Assembly: GCF_009914755.1 (NCBI RefSeq)
Contig: NC_060936.1
DNA from: the human T2T-CHM13v2.0 reference genome, Homo sapiens
DNA length: 64,000 bases
Strand: one strand, 5' to 3'
Each line of letters begins with the position of its first letter. The stretch's first letter is position 1. Positions 1-16,812 of the stretch are shown piece by piece. The position numbers and the translations under genes were made by a program. A model generated the notes under the pieces. It saw only the letters and a program-made list of their open reading frames with translations, was not told the DNA's origin and searched no databases.

Positions 1-460
1 CACTTTAGTCCCTGCACGACCAAGGGTATTAATGCTCTCAGGGAAATGGAGAAATTGAATGCATTGCAAACCATCACACAGCAAGTGAACAGAGGATCAT
101 ACATAAATCTAAGAGCATCCTCATTCTTAGGCCTTCTCTCTCCTCCACATCACATAACTTGAGACAGTGGGAATGATTACAATGTAGGAGGGAAACAGTA
201 TAAAGGATTTATCTTGTTAAAAAGGAAAGTAAAAAAGAACATAGTAAAGTTAAAAGGAAATTTGCAGAGCTTGGAATCTTTCCGGTGACTGTGATTTAAA
301 GACTTTTCAAGTCCTCAGACCTGAAGCGCTCTATGCAAGTAACTGACAAACAGTGCTCTGCTCCTAGGTCAGGTGTCTGTGACTGCCAAAGTTTCCTAGG
401 TGCAGCCCTGCAGTCCTTTTCAGTAGGGGATACGAATTTGATTTCAGAATTAGAGAAGAG

Positions 461-729
<269 letters not shown>

Positions 730-1329
730 GCAAACAATTGGAGCAGAGACAGAATCTATTTACCTCTTCTTTGTTAGTGTCAGAACACCACCTTGGTTTG
801 GGGTAGCAATGCACCAAGTCGAAACCTCCATCCCCAGCTTCCCTCATATCTAGCTGTAGCCAACTAATGAAGTTCTGAGTCAAAGACTCTTAAGTGGAAA
901 TGTTGGTATGGAACTTCCAGAAAAGCTCCTTAAAAGAAAGTGGCAAGCCCTTCTTCCTCCCTTCCTCCTTCCTGATGGCTGGAGCTCCAGCAGCCATCCA
1001 ATGAAGTGGCCTTGAGAATGCACGCAATGTAGTGAATCAGGGACACAGAAGGAGCTGGGACCCAGGTGACTCTGTGGAGCCAACAGAGCAGCTCGGGACT
1101 GCCTGTTCCCAGAAGTCTATTATAGGCGAGAACAAACCCCAGCCATTGAAGTCAGGTCTCAGTTACTCATAATCAAGTACAAACCCTAACATATAACCAT
1201 TGTTATATATGTCTGTGGATTTGTTTCTATGGGAAAAATCCCAACTACAAGGCTTCCCTTGTATGTAGCTCCTGCTTTCCCTTAACCCCTTAACCAGCAG
1301 GTATTTCCACAGACTCAAGCCTTACTTAC

Positions 1330-1569
1330 CAAGAAGCTTGTGCTCCACTGCACTTCGCAGGGACTGGTGCCAGAAATACAGGAGGCCATTGGGCTTCTCC
1401 TGGACCCACTGTTTGGTGGCGTTGCGGAAGGCAGCCCAGTGCAAGGCGGTCACTTTGTAATGATTCCTGTAGCCCAGCATGTCCAAAAGCTGGAGTAGCT
1501 CATCCTCAGCCAAGCCACCATGCGACAGGCACAGTAAGCACAGAGTGTCGGCCACCCAGCTGTCCAGTC
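1330..1569 (-). pseudogene. TTC41P: TTC41P exon, winged-helix-like region (240 nt)
   Basis: LDSWVADTLCLLCLSHGGLAEDELLQLL...GLLYFWHQSLRSAVEHKLL; cag|...|gtaagt. Confidence 0.88.
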
Positions 1570-2263
1570 CTGCACAGGCAACATGATGATGACAAGAATC
1601 AGAGCTAACATGAGCCAGGTATCTTTCTAAATGTTTTATATGATTCAACAACCTTCTTTTTCAATCATCCTATAGGAAATACTATTATAGCCCTTGTCAA
1701 ATGAGGAAAACGGAGCACAGAGAAGTGAAATAACTTACCCAAGGTCACACAGAAATAAATGCAGAACTGGGATTTGAACCCAGATAGCCTGGCTCCAGAG
1801 CCCATACATACTGTTAACCATTAAGCTATCATCCACAGTCACAACGAACACATCCAGAGCTCTGGTTACACAGTGGAAAGCTTGCTGATGATTACACCGA
1901 GCATTTCTGCCTAGCAGTCTTTATTAAGGTTTTCCAACACCTAATTTGCATTTATGGCTGTGAGTGGTTTTTCTGTATGATTGTTCTCCTGTCGCACAGT
2001 CACAGACACCACTTAAGCCAGCTCTTCATTACCCACCTTACCCTTAGATTTTTCCACCATAGCTGGACCTCCTTCTGGCTTTATGATCAGCCGACTACAA
2101 AGAGATCCTTCAGACCATTCAGAGAAATGGTAACACACAGTCTACCACTCTGACTTTATCTCCTATGCTAGGACTAGGGAATGAGCCCAAATTACCTGCA
2201 ATCTTGAAGCAAAGGCAGAGCTGTGCAACCCGTCAGCCAAGCTTCCCTGATGTTGGCCTTAGC

Positions 2264-2577
<314 letters not shown>

Positions 2578-2895
2578 CAGCTTAACCAAGCTCTTCCTGC
2601 ACCTGTGGCTGAGCTCCCTGGGCCTCAGTGGCAGTGGCTGGGCAGAGCTGGGGGGTGGAGCAGTCTTTGGTGGGGAGGAGACCTGGGCTTTCCTGCACAA
2701 ACCTGGAGATGGAGGGCAACACAGCCACAGGCCACTTTGCCTGAGTGACTCTTCTAAGGGCACAGAGAACTAGTTTCCACCTCCTTGTAGGTGCAGGAGG
2801 GCGCAGTAAATTTGAAGTCAATTTTCTTTACAGAAATGCAAACTGTAGAACAAAAAAACAGGGCAGGACGATATGTTGCACCAATCAATGTGTCT

Positions 2896-3203
2896 TTCTT
2901 TCTTTCTTTTTTTTTTTTTTTAAGAAGGAGTCTCACTCTGTGGCCCAGGCTGGAGTGCAGTGGCACTATCTTGGCTTACTACCACCTCCCCCTCCCAGGT
3001 TAAAGTGATTCTCCTGCCTCAGCCTCCCAGGTAACTGAGATTACAGGCACGTGCCACCACACCCAGCTAATTTTTGTATTTTCAGTAGAGACAGGGTTTT
3101 GCCATGTTGCCTAAACTGGTCTCAAACTCCTGACCTCAAGTGATCAACCCACTTCAGAATCCCAAAGTGTTGGAATTACAGGCATGAACGACTGTGCCCA
3201 GCT
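2896..3203 (-). mobile_element. Alu
   Basis: Reverse Alu, tgtgtcttt TSD. Confidence 0.92.
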
Positions 3204-3418
3204 GTGTCTTTCATTCCAAGTATTTTCTGCTTCTCACCCCCACTTCCCCATCCCTGCTCTATTTTAAATTCACTGCCCTTAAGAGAAGACTGTTATAGCA
3301 GAGAAAAACTCAAGTTTCAAAATAGACTTTTGAAGTTCATGGTAGGAACAATGGCTTGAGGGAACAAATTTTGACTCTCAAAAGCCTGATTGTTGAATAT
3401 CATAAAACACATTCCTGC

Positions 3419-3555
3419 AGCCAGGTGAGGTGGTGGCACACCTGTAATCTCAGCTACTCAGGAGGCTGAGACAGGAGGATCCCTTAAGTTGGAGGCCAGC
3501 CTAGGCAACATAGTGAGACCCTAGCTTAAAACAAAACAGACAAACAAAAAAAAAA
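3419..3555 (+). mobile_element. Alu monomer (FLAM-like)
   Basis: Single monomer plus A-rich tail. Confidence 0.8.
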
Positions 3556-4218
3556 ACTCTTGACTAACACATGGAATAAATTTTTTTTATGACAAACAAT
3601 AAACTCAGATAAGTTCAGGGTGATCTAAAGAGGATTTTTCCCCCACTCAGGAGGAAAAGCATTTGTGGAACTGAGAAAGTACAGGAGAGAATCAGAGAGG
3701 AGAACAAGACTCAAGCAGAGCACAGAAGTTGCCTGAGGAGAGAGGACCCTCTGTTAGGATGTGGCCCCCATCAGACGGGAGCCACATAGATCCAGCAACC
3801 TAGAACAGATGGGCACACGGGTGTCCTAGAGGAAGCCAGAAGTGCAGATAAGTCAACATCTGTGGACCATGGAGACCATGGCCACCTAGGTGGAAGATGG
3901 CAGGGACAGAGAATAACCAAGGCCACCCAGCACCCAGGCCCTTGGATCTCAGATCAATCCAAAGGAGATATGGGAAGGCCACAAATCCTTGCCTGACTGA
4001 GAAAATCCTGAGCTCACTGAAAACAAACCATATTGATGGAATTAACCTGAAATGACTTGATGAGGTGTCTGCCATCAGCAGGCCTGTGGGCTCAGAAGAG
4101 AGATACATTGACTTATAGAAATAAGAAAGCTCCATTTCTTAGATTCTTGAAAAATGTGACTGAAATTTATGTCTAATACAGTTCTCCTTACAGCCAACAC
4201 ACAGAGTCCTTTAGAGGA

Positions 4219-4791
<573 letters not shown>

Positions 4792-4882
4792 TCCCTAGAG
4801 CCCCCTTCCCTGTGCAGGAGTCTACCACACATCTTTCTCCCTGTGGACTCCCACTAAGCTGTCAACAGTGGCCAAGGCCTAC

Positions 4883-5324
4883 CTTCTCCTGAAGCCACAG
4901 TGTCTGAATTTGCCCTTTTGGGTTGAAACGTCCAACTGTAGTCTTCAATCCAGTGTTTGAGAACCAATTCCCAGAGCTCCTGAACAGAGACAGCCTCCAA
5001 GTACTCCTTCATACACTGAAACTCATTGTGGTTGATTCTACATTCTTTCAATTCATTGGCTAGGATTGTGAGTTTTAAAGGACTCAGGTCTGGTTTTTTC
5101 CTCAATGCCTGTGTGCTCTGTTCGAAGGGGTCCATCATGGGAATGGAGAGATGCTTTCTAAAGATGTTTAATTTTGTTTCTTCATCTCCTGTGCTAATGA
5201 GTTCCACTGTCCTCACATCCGGGCGGACACACAACGACTTGTAGGACAGGCTGGAAGAGACAGTGCTCATGATAAATTTGCAATGAGGGGAGAGTGAGTG
5301 TGGCAGCCAGGAAAAATCTTTCAC
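4883..5324 (-). pseudogene. TTC41P: TTC41P exon (442 nt)
   Basis: VKDFSWLPHSLSPHCKFIMST...SPLKLTILANEL...ELWELVLKHWIEDY; cag|...|gtaggc. Confidence 0.88.
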
Positions 5325-5929
5325 CTGATGGAGAGAATCAAAGACATTTGAAAACATTAAAGACTTTAAAATTACTTTGTTGATGGTTTTTCAACTTAGA
5401 GTAGGTACAATATGGGGAGTAAGTAGAGAATAAGGGTTGGATTGAAGGTTATTAATAGTGACTTGAATTGTAGGCATTATGGTGCTAAGAAAATATCAGG
5501 TCACACTCAATAGAACCGTATTTGACTCATGTGTCAGTTATGAATTTGATTGTGCAAATGCGAACTCTAAAAAGAGGAGGTTCCTAGGAGCAAGTAATTT
5601 AATAAAATCACGTAATTCTGAAGAATGACCTACAGGAATAACCAGAGGAAACTGGAGAGTGCAATTGGAACCATTCAATTGAAAAAGAGGATGTTATTTT
5701 ATGCTGAGAAGTTGTCACTTTGTGCAGCAATACTATCATGAGTTAAATCATTTTATTTTGGAACAAAATAAATACTTAATAAGATCAATCTTTTCTCAAT
5801 TCCTTTAATAGCCTTTCCCACAATACCTCTTTGCCTAATAACACCAACCATCACATACTCACTCTGAGCCAGGCACTGTGTTGAATGTGTCTGTAGGTAC
5901 TAACTGTATTAATTACGGTTTTTAATTTC

Positions 5930-6620
5930 TGCATCTTAGGATGATTTAACATTCCTCAGGACCTTACAGACCCAGCCCTTCCCAAGGCTAGCTAACTACT
6001 GGAGGTGGTGGACAGCCTGCCTGGAATCTGCCTTTAGCGTGCAGATCTAACTCACACAACAACCCTGCCCTAAATCAACCCAGGGCCAAATACCAGACAA
6101 CTAGAGGCAGCCTCTGTGCCCAAAGCCCATCAGAATTATTCAAATTAAGCCTGGGCAACATACGGAGAACTCATCTCCACAAAAACATTTTTTTTTAGTT
6201 AGCTGGGCATGATGGCTCATACCCACAGCCTGCAGTCCCAGCTACTTAGGAGGCTGAGGTGGGAGGATGGCCTGAACCCGGGAGGTAAAGGCTATGATTG
6301 CCATGATTGCGCCACTGCACTCCAGCCTTAACTACAGAGCAAGATGCTGTCTCAAAAAAAAAAAATTCAAATTAGCCAATCCTAAACTGTTTACCCTGCC
6401 CTGCCTTGCCATGCCTATAGAAACCCCAGTAAAGGCTCTGGCTTCAGTTTCCCCTTGCTCCTGTCCTCTGCCTCCTGACCACCCTTTCCCTGGGTCCCTG
6501 CACAGCGTGTCCCCTTCTCTCAGGAAACATAAGTAATGACTTCATCTTTCAGTGGTACCGGGCTCTCCATGTGGTCGCCCGACCATACCTCTATAAATTA
6601 AATCCTGGGCATAATTTTAA
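5930..6620 (+). mobile_element. ERVL-type LTR (MER74-like) with a partial Alu inserted (6148-6365)
   Basis: agccaatcctaaactgtttacc...taaaggctct; TSD attcaaatta. Confidence 0.5.
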
Positions 6621-7072
6621 TACATGAACTCATTCTATCCTCATGACAACACTCTAGAAAGGCAGAGAAAGAAACTCAAGGATAGAGGAGCTACATGCCT
6701 TATCTAATTCATTCTGCTAGCTTAAGTGGCAGAGCTGGGATTCAAACCAAGGGTCTGGCACCAGAGGCAGGCTCCTAATCGCTGCCCTAAACTGCTTCAG
6801 GTAACTGGCCATCCTTCCTCCTTCTAAAGAGCTCTGCCTCAGGCCATTCTTCCAGAAAGCCATCCCTTCATGAGAGGCTGTCACAATACTACATACCAAT
6901 CTGTAGCAGCACACGTCACAGTTGCAATTTTATATTTATTTGAGTGATATGACTTCATTAATGTCTGCCATTCCCCACTAGAATGAAAGCTCCATTTCTT
7001 TGCAGGGATTATGTCTGTCTGTCCTTGCTAATAGTGCTTTGCCTATAGTAAGTGCTCATGGTATATATACAA

Positions 7073-7368
7073 TTTTTTTTTGAGATGGAGTCTCACTCTG
7101 TCACCTAGGCTGGAGTGCCGTGGTGTCATCTCAGCTCACTGCAACCTCCACCTCCTGAGTTAAAGCAATTCTCCTGTCTCAGCCTTCCAAGTAGCTGAGA
7201 TTACAGTTGTGCACCACCATGCCTAGCTAATTTTTTGTATTTTTTTTTTAGTAGAGATAGGATTTCACCATGTTGGTCAGGCTAGTTTCAAAATCCTGGC
7301 CTCAAGTGATCTGCCTGCCTTGGCCTCCTAAAGTGCTGGGATTACAGGCATGAGCTACCGACCCCAGC
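7073..7368 (-). mobile_element. Alu
   Basis: Reverse Alu consensus. Confidence 0.92.
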
Positions 7369-7433
7369 ATTATGATATATTAAATTAAAAAGCAGGTTAG
7401 GAAACAATGTGGTGTGTAACTTCTTTACATAAA

Positions 7434-7437
7434 TATG

Positions 7438-7479
<42 letters not shown>
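7434..7479. repeat. (TA)n microsatellite
   Basis: tatgtatatg(ta)n. Confidence 0.95.
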
Positions 7480-7481
<2 letters not shown>

Positions 7482-7985
7482 TATCCATAGGAAAAAGGGT
7501 ATACAGCAGCAAAATAGTTACCAGTGGTGAGACTATGAGTGTATTTAATTTCCTATTTTCTTCTTTTTTATCATATTTTCTATGAGAAACAGATCTTATT
7601 CACATAATTGATTGATTACATAGAGTTTTAAGTTTTAAAGAAGCTGCTTCCCAAAGTAATAACTAGTGCCAAGTATTAGTAGAGGTTCCACTGATCCAAT
7701 ATTATTTCAAACAGGAGAAAAACTGAAGATGACAACTCATGAATGCGATTTTGTATGTGTAAAACCAGTGAAGATGAGGTAGGCCAAACTATAAAACACA
7801 AAAAACAGTAAGACTGATCAAAGTATAAAATAGGGGGCAGATATGTGCATGGGGAAAGGCCCCAGTGGCTGGAACCAGAATGCCCATGTCTGAATTCTGA
7901 GTCCACCACTTAACCATCTTAGGACCTTAGACAAGCCACCTACCATCTCTGTGCTCAGTTCGCCTTGTGTAAATGGGGAAGATGA

Positions 7986-8423
<438 letters not shown>

Positions 8424-8438
8424 TAAAATATAGAGCAG

Positions 8439-8710
8439 GGCTGGGTGCGGCGGCTCACACCTGTAATCCCAGCACTTTGGAAGGCAGGCTGGGAAGCTTG
8501 CTTGAGCCCAGGAGTTCAGGATCAGACTGGGCAACATAGCAAAACCTCATCTCTACAAAAAGTTGAAAAAATTAGCCAGGCATGGTGGTGTGCACCTGCA
8601 GTCTGGAAGCTGAGGCAAGAGGATGGCTTGAGCCCAGGAGTTGGAGGTTACAGTGAGCTATGATCATCCCACTGCACTCCAGCTTGGGCAACACAGCAAG
8701 ACCCTGTCTC
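8439..8710 (+). mobile_element. Alu (AluJ-like)
   Basis: Forward Alu. Confidence 0.9.
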
Positions 8711-8901
8711 TTAATTAATTAAAATATAAAGCAGTAACTAAAAGCAGTGTTGGCTAAAACCAGAGATGTGTGATACAATGGAAAGGTGTTATATATAATA
8801 CATCCTAAATAATGAAGTTTTATTCTTTTTATTTCTTTTTTTAAATTGTTTTATTTTTATAAAGTTGTGATAAAATAGGGGTTATTTTAAAAAGACGTTA
8901 C

Positions 8902-9062
8902 CTTCTGACCTGAAATCCCATAAATGCCAATCAGTTCTTCAATTCCATCTAGTACAAGTATGCATGGCTTTAAACTGATGGAAGCAATGAATACTTCCAC
9001 AAGAAATGAAAAGACCAAGCCATCTGAGTCTTCGTTAAGAATATCTGTTTCAAGCTGAGTAC
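8902..9062 (-). pseudogene. TTC41P: TTC41P exon with Walker B (161 nt)
   Basis: TQLETDILNEDSDGLVFSFLVEVFIASISLKPCILVLDGIEELIGIYGISGQK; tag|...|gtaacg. Confidence 0.88.
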
Positions 9063-10538
9063 CTACAGCATAGAAATTTGTTCAAATTAGGTGGAAATGA
9101 TTCCGTCATTGCTAAAACATGTTTATGGGCTGGGGAAGCAGAAGAGGTTGGGAAAAATGAGTGCTACTCACAGCTGTACGTCTAACACACATATGTATAC
9201 ATGTGATTACCATCTTCAAAATATTCAGCCCAGAAGAGATAATAGCGATGTTTACCACCAGATTGTCTCCAATACATTTTCAGGATTTGATATAAAAAAA
9301 TTTTTGTGTGATCCAAAACATTACTCTCATCTTCCAGAATGCAAAAACAGGTCATGTTACAAAGAGTTGGATATGAAGAGAAGCCCTGTGATCTGTGAAG
9401 TTTCTGACACTCCTTAACATTGGGTGCGTGCTTAGGGTCACAGCCACCACCCTGGGCTCTTCCAGTAATGCTCAAATATAGAAGCTCCCACCCACTGTCT
9501 CGTTTCCTTGGCCCTAGCCCATCTTCAACTTAACAGAAATAATCCTAAACTCTAGCCACACTATTGGGCCCTAGACTTTGGATTCTGGAAAGTATACATT
9601 CTTAGAAAGAACTAAGCTATGAACCCCCAAAAGGCAAAGGAAGTCATTAGAGATGATTGACTTTCAGACTGTGATAAAGTGACCTAGTAGCAGCAACCCC
9701 AAGTTGTCATCAACTACCTAATACCCTAAGAACATTTTACTGCAAATTCCGTCTTGCTTTTATTTTTCACAAGCAATATTTTCCACAGAAATTTAAGCAC
9801 ATTGAGGTCTGGAAAATACAGTCACATGTAGAACCTTTAATGGATTAGGTCTCTCAGATGCATTAAGATTTTGTTAGAGTCGTTGAGAGTAATTATGTTT
9901 AGCAAATATTTATCAGTTGCCTATTATGTGACGGTTCCATGCTAGATGCCGAGAGGAGATAAAATGATTCATATATGAAGTCAACCACCTAAAGGAAGTG
10001 GAAATTGGTTCTGTATACAAATAGCCAAATTTCAAGGCAGAATATGAGTCTGGAGGCTGCTGAAGCTTGATGTAGAACCATCACAATAAAGAACCATCAC
10101 AATAAAGAAAAGCTCTGTGTGAAAGACACTTCAAATAAGCCTTTAAGGGTACATAGGCAGAGACGAGGAGAAGGGCATATCATCAAGACAGCACAGCCAA
10201 AGGCTGGGACATAGGAAGGTACCATGAACAGTTGAAAAACAGGACATTGCTTAGAGCAGTAGTTCTTAACAGGAGAGGTTCCAGGGTTTTGAGACATCCT
10301 ACAACACAGGACAGCCACACCCAATGAAGCTTTGCCCCCAGGTCTACCTGACGTTCAGATATTTCGACAATCACGTAAGGGGGAGAAAAAAATTGATAAT
10401 GACCTAACCTAGAAACCAACTCCATTTTACATATAAAGACAAACTATTTTTTTGTATGGTTTTAAAACACACTGAATTTTCTAGAATGTAACACCACATA
10501 AATTGATGGAAGATTATACATTGTTTTGTCTAAAATGA

Positions 10539-10930
<392 letters not shown>

Positions 10931-12955
10931 AATATTTGAGTCTTTAATATGACACACCCACATCAACCTATATTTATAGACTGAAACTTATTGCTTTTAT
11001 GGTGATTTCCTATACAGAGGCACTACGTCTTTGATTCAAGTCTGCGCATTTACATGTTCAAATACACATTGTTTTATAATAAGTTACTTTCTCTATATTC
11101 ATCTTTTTATAGTAGAGTAGAGTTGTGTTAACTTTTAAAGAGATTTTTATAACACAAAACGATCATAAAATCGATTACTTGAAACTTTTTTTATGAATGT
11201 GGGACATTAAGAAAGTGAAGGTGTCAGAAAAGATAGAGATTGAGCTTATGTCAAACAATGAAAAATGATTTTCAAGAAAGGGAAGAGAAAGAAATTCAGC
11301 TGATGATTCATCCCTTGAGTTTTTATTTAAAAACCTTTAAAATTATGGGCATCGTTGAGATTTCAGAACTGAAACGACAGAATTTTAGAGCAGAAGGGGT
11401 TCTTGGAAATCATCTAGGCTAGTCCAGACCCTTCATTTTGTAGATGAGGAAACTGAGGCCCAGAGAGGTGAAGGGAATGTGAACACACAGATCATCAGGA
11501 GCTTTTAAAATACTATTTTTTCTAATGATTTGTTTTCAAGCCATGTGTGGCCCCCATTTCTTAGTGTAGATGGCTCACAAGCAGCCCGTCAGAGCCCACA
11601 GAGGTGTGGATCCTCTGCCTCTTCCACACGGTTGGCATAGAGTGTAAATGACAAGGTGAATGTGAATGAACCTCAGGAAGTATATACTGCCTGACAGTCA
11701 CAGAGCATAGAGCACTAATATAATCAGCAAAAATTAATTCTAAGCAAAAAAAAAAATACTCATGGCTGATGCTTATAGATATATATCTTTATATATGAAG
11801 GAAAATATATATGTTGAGTGGTTTTAGAATCACATTTTTGGTGAGTATAATTATCTTTTCTGAAAATAATGTTGACAATAAAGTCAGTGTTACTAGTATT
11901 GGAAAATGATTCTAAACATTTCTCCTTATTTTGGCAAGAACAATCTGTCTCTACTAAATGACAATGGCCAATTACCTCATTTAAATGGTAATAGCTCACG
12001 TGTTTAAACAGCCACTTTTTAGCAGTGTTATCTCTCATCATTCAACATAGGTTTATTGAGAAGCTTCTGTGTCTGTGTCAGGCACTGGGTATGACAATGA
12101 CCAATAAAATAGATATGATCCCTGCACTCACAGAACTTACACAGGGAGACAAACAATAAGACAGATCACAGGACCATTTATAATTCACCTGAGGGATCTA
12201 GGGAGGCAAGCTCACAGTGCCTGGAGGGAGACACTTGTGAAAACTAAGACGCAGTGGGACTGGGGGTCCTGTGCCACGTGGTCAAAGTTAGGGCTGAGGG
12301 ACAGAGGTACCCATCAGTCTCTCTTATGGAGGGGGTGACCTTCGAATAGGGCCATAAAGGATGAGAAGGATTCCACTGCCCTGAGACAAGGGAAGGGGCA
12401 TTTTAGGAGAAGAGAACTGCATGGGCAAAGGCATGGAGGGATGGAAGTGACTGGAGTGCTCCAAGATCAAACCTGTAGGGCAAAGGGAAAGAGATCAGGC
12501 TGGGAAGTCAACAGGGCCCAAGGTGAAAAGCTTGGCAAGCTCTGCCAAGGATTTCTGTCCATTCCACATCACCAACTTGAGCAGAGACTTTCCCGATGCT
12601 GGGAGAGGAGACTGATAAAAAGCATCCACAGGAGGGAAATTTTCCTTTGCTGGCTCAAGAAGGATGGCAGTGTAGTGATGAGGACTAGGGGCTTAGATCC
12701 CAACAGAGACCTGAGTTTGCACTCCCTGCTATGCCCTTGCTTAGCTGTGTGGCTCTGACATTCTGAGCCCCATTCTTCCTATGTGGGATGATAATTCTAT
12801 GGGTGGACCATTAAGAGCATTAAATGAGATGCTGATAAAGCCCTTAGCGCCGCTACATAGAAAGCCTTCAATAAATGGAACTTATTCAAACCTGCCCCCA
12901 GATTCCATGTGGTCACATGGTAAGGAAACATGCAAATATGAAAATCAGTGACCAT

Positions 12956-13245
<290 letters not shown>

Positions 13246-13820
13246 CTACTCTGACCTTCCGTGAAGCATGTCTTCTGTGACACCAGTTGCCTGCAAGGCA
13301 GGCAAAGGGTGTGGGAGTCGGTAGAGCTGGCTACAGGCAGGTCCCATCTACAAGATCCCTTTATCCTGACAAGCAGGGATTGAGGACCGAAGAGTAGAAA
13401 CATGAGTGTCACTGGGTGTGATTAGGTGCCCCAGATAGAAAGGGTCCCTGGCTCACAGCCCACACAGGATCTGCAGCTTCAGACAGCTGAAGTGGGGTGC
13501 AGAAAAATGCTCTCTGCAAAGAGGCTGAATCTGCTCTGAGCACCTGGCCTCTCAGGCTGGCTGTGTTCACAGCAGCAGCTCTTCCTCCTCTGCCCACATC
13601 CACCTCACCCAGGTGAAACCAGGTCTCAGCAAAGGCAGCCACAATAAATGACTCTGGGGCCAGCCTTCTCCGCTCACCTGCAGGCTTTCTGGGCTGCAGA
13701 GATGACAGCTGCAAACTCTTGTTTTTGCAGTCCTTCCTCTCCCTACTCAGCTAATGAACAAGAATGTCTTGTTTCCCCTAGCAGCCCCTACACCCTGCTT
13801 CTTTCTCTAGCTCAGAAAGG

Positions 13821-13866
13821 AATAATAACAACAACAATAATAAATAATAACAACAACAACAATAAT
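13821..13866 (+). repeat. (AAT/AAC)n microsatellite
   Basis: aataataacaacaacaataat... Confidence 0.85.
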
Positions 13867-16429
13867 CGCAGCTGCGTGCCATGTACTACTTTAAATTCCT
13901 TACTTGTATTTTGTATTATGTTTTTTGGGTTTTTTTTAACGCAGCTTTTTTAAATTTTGTATTATGTTTTAATTCTCACACAGCCTTATGAGGTTAGTAC
14001 TGTGAACCCCATTCTCATTTTACAGATGAGAAATTGGGGAACAGAGAGCTTAAGCAAACTGCCCAAGATCACACAGTTAATAAGTGACAGAGCCAGAATT
14101 GTGGGCCAAGTCCAGGACCAGCCCTTCCTCTTGTTAATGAGGAGGGGTGTTCTCTCAGGGTTAGAAAGTGTCAAGTATTCGTAGGCTGTTCCTGAGCTTA
14201 TTCTACTGTTGTCAGCTTAAAAATCTGGTTTTTTTTGAAAGACAGCAGCTGTTTTTATTAGGAGTTCTTTGCATCCAAACACACGTTCATTAAAATAACA
14301 ATTCACTTTGGGAATAAAATCGTAATTGAGTGTGTAGCACGGAGTTTACATCATCAGCCTGGCCAGACTGAACACCTTTGGGATGTGCCAGAATAGGATT
14401 AGTTGCTGTGTAGACACAGTCACACCTGCTTCTACTGATTTTGACTTTATCCATTTTATATGCCCTGAGAAATGCAACCATAAAGACCTCATCCACATGT
14501 GTTCTTCCCTCTGTTTACTCACAGACACCCACCACATGCACAGAAAGAAGCTCAAATCCCTGTACCCTTTTATAGAGATAAGATGCACCCATCAAAATTC
14601 ACCCCGGGCACCCACATACTCACTTAGGGCCCAAAGGCACACACGGGTACGTGTCCCTGCATGACAAGAGATGAATTCCCAAAAGCAAGCAAAGTCAGAC
14701 ACATACAAACATGGAAATACACAGCAGGCGCCTAACAATAGTAATAGCTAAGATTTATCAATGCTTACTCTATGCCAATGCTTACTAAGAGCCTTGGTCT
14801 TTCATACTTTATCTCAGTTAATCTTGTCAACTACCTGTAAGGCACATTTTAAAAATAATTATTATTACCCACTTTTTACAAATAGGAAAACTGAGCCACA
14901 GAGGGTTAAAATAACTCACCCAGGGTCACACAGCTAATAGGTAGTGAGACAAGGTTTGAACGCAAGTGGTCAGACTCCCTAGCTGCTCCTAGCACAGTCA
15001 GGCACAATACAGGTCCCACACGATTGTGATTACACGTTGGCCCACACCTGGCAACTTAAATATCACGTGCCCAAAGCAGAACTCCATTTCCCTCAAAACC
15101 TGCTTCCCCTCCACCGCCCCACCAACGCTGGCCCATCTCAGTCAACAGCCCTCGCCACCCATGTAGCTTCTTAAAGCCAAAAGCTAGGAGTTCTCAATTC
15201 CTCCCTTTCCTCCAAACCACACATTCAATTCATCAGCAAATCCTCAATCCACCCAAAACCCTCCACCTCCACTGCTATTGTCCTCTCTGAGCCACTGTCA
15301 TCTCTGGCTTGGACTATTGCAGTAGCCTCTAACACCTGTCTCTGCCTCATGCTTGTCTCCTTACACACATTTTCCACACACCAGATTGATTTTGGTCTTT
15401 TAAAAATATTAATCGAATCATGTCATTCCCCTGCTTAAAACCCTCCACTGGCCTCCCACTGCACTTAATAGAATCCAAACCTAATGTTATGGCCTGCAAA
15501 GCCCAGAGTGGCCCCACCTGGAGTCCATCGCCGCCCAGCCACACCGGCTCTCTTTCCCTCTCTAAGTCATTCAACTTGCTTTCCAGCTGAGGAGCTGTAT
15601 GACCTGAGCTGTTTTCTTTGCCTGGAATGTTCTTTCTCCTGGTTTCCACATGGCTGCCTACCTTCGTGTCCATGAGATCTCCACAAAGAAAGTAGTAGAG
15701 AGGATGGCTACCTGTTCCACAAAAGCCCATGCTCCCCCTTCCACAGGGTGGGGTTACTGTTCTATCCCTGCTCAGTTCCCAGTGTGGCCATGTGGGCCCA
15801 GTGTGGCCAAGTGCTTGTCAAAAGAATGGGTGTGGAGGTGGCTATGAATCCCTTCCAGTCTGAGACTTCTGAGGAACAGATGTGTTTTTCCACTCTTTCC
15901 CCTCCCCCTAACACAAGTGGAGGGCTCTGAGGCCCCAGGGGATGACATAGCCTTAATATGGAAAGAAAGCCTGTGTCTCCAAGTCACCACATGGAGGAAA
16001 GTGACTTGTTACCTAACTAGGGACCCCATATTATACTGTTTATATGAGTAAGAAATAAGCTTCCCTTTGAGAAGCCACTGAAATGAGATTCAGTTGATAT
16101 GGCAGCTAGAGTTGCCCTAAGACAGAGACATAGTCCCTGACTGCTCAAATAGCCACCCTGGCACCTTATCACATCACACTGCATGGCACTAATAATTATT
16201 TGACATGTTTCCTATTTATTTGTTATCTACTGTTGTCAACTAGGACATAACATCTATGGGGGCTATGACCTTATTTGCCTGACTTACTCTTCTATTCCCA
16301 GAACTGGGAAGAGTGTCTAGCACAGAACAGGCAACCGATAAATATTCTGTAATGCATGAGTGAGTAAATGAGAGAATGAACCTGCTCAATACATGGTTAT
16401 TGAATTGAGTAGGGCAGCAGTAGTAGAGA

Positions 16430-16812
16430 GGCATGTCCCACCCAGGGCCTGGCACTTGCTTCCTCCAACAGTGCTGTTCCCGAGACACCTGCCTGGTTCC
16501 CTCCCTCCTCTCTTTCAGTGATGTATTTAATTGTCCCTTCCTCAATGAGATTCCCCAGAATACTCTATTTAAAATCCTAAGAGTTCCTACACATCCTGCC
16601 TACCTCTTTCTCTGCTTTGGGTTTCTTCATAGAACTCACCATTATCAAAAAGTCTCTTATTTAGTGACAGTTAATTCTTTGTCCTCCTCCCTCCCCTAAT
16701 AACATGAAAACTCCATGAGGTAAAAACTGGTGTCCATTTTGTTCACTATTGTATCTCCACTGCCTAGAATAGTGCCCTGGCACAGAAAGGTACTCAAGTA
16801 ATGTTTGGTGAA
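16430..16812 (+). mobile_element. L2 3' fragment
   Basis: cctagaatagtgccctggcacagaaaggtactcaagtaatgtttggtgaa resembles the L2 3' terminus. Confidence 0.65.
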
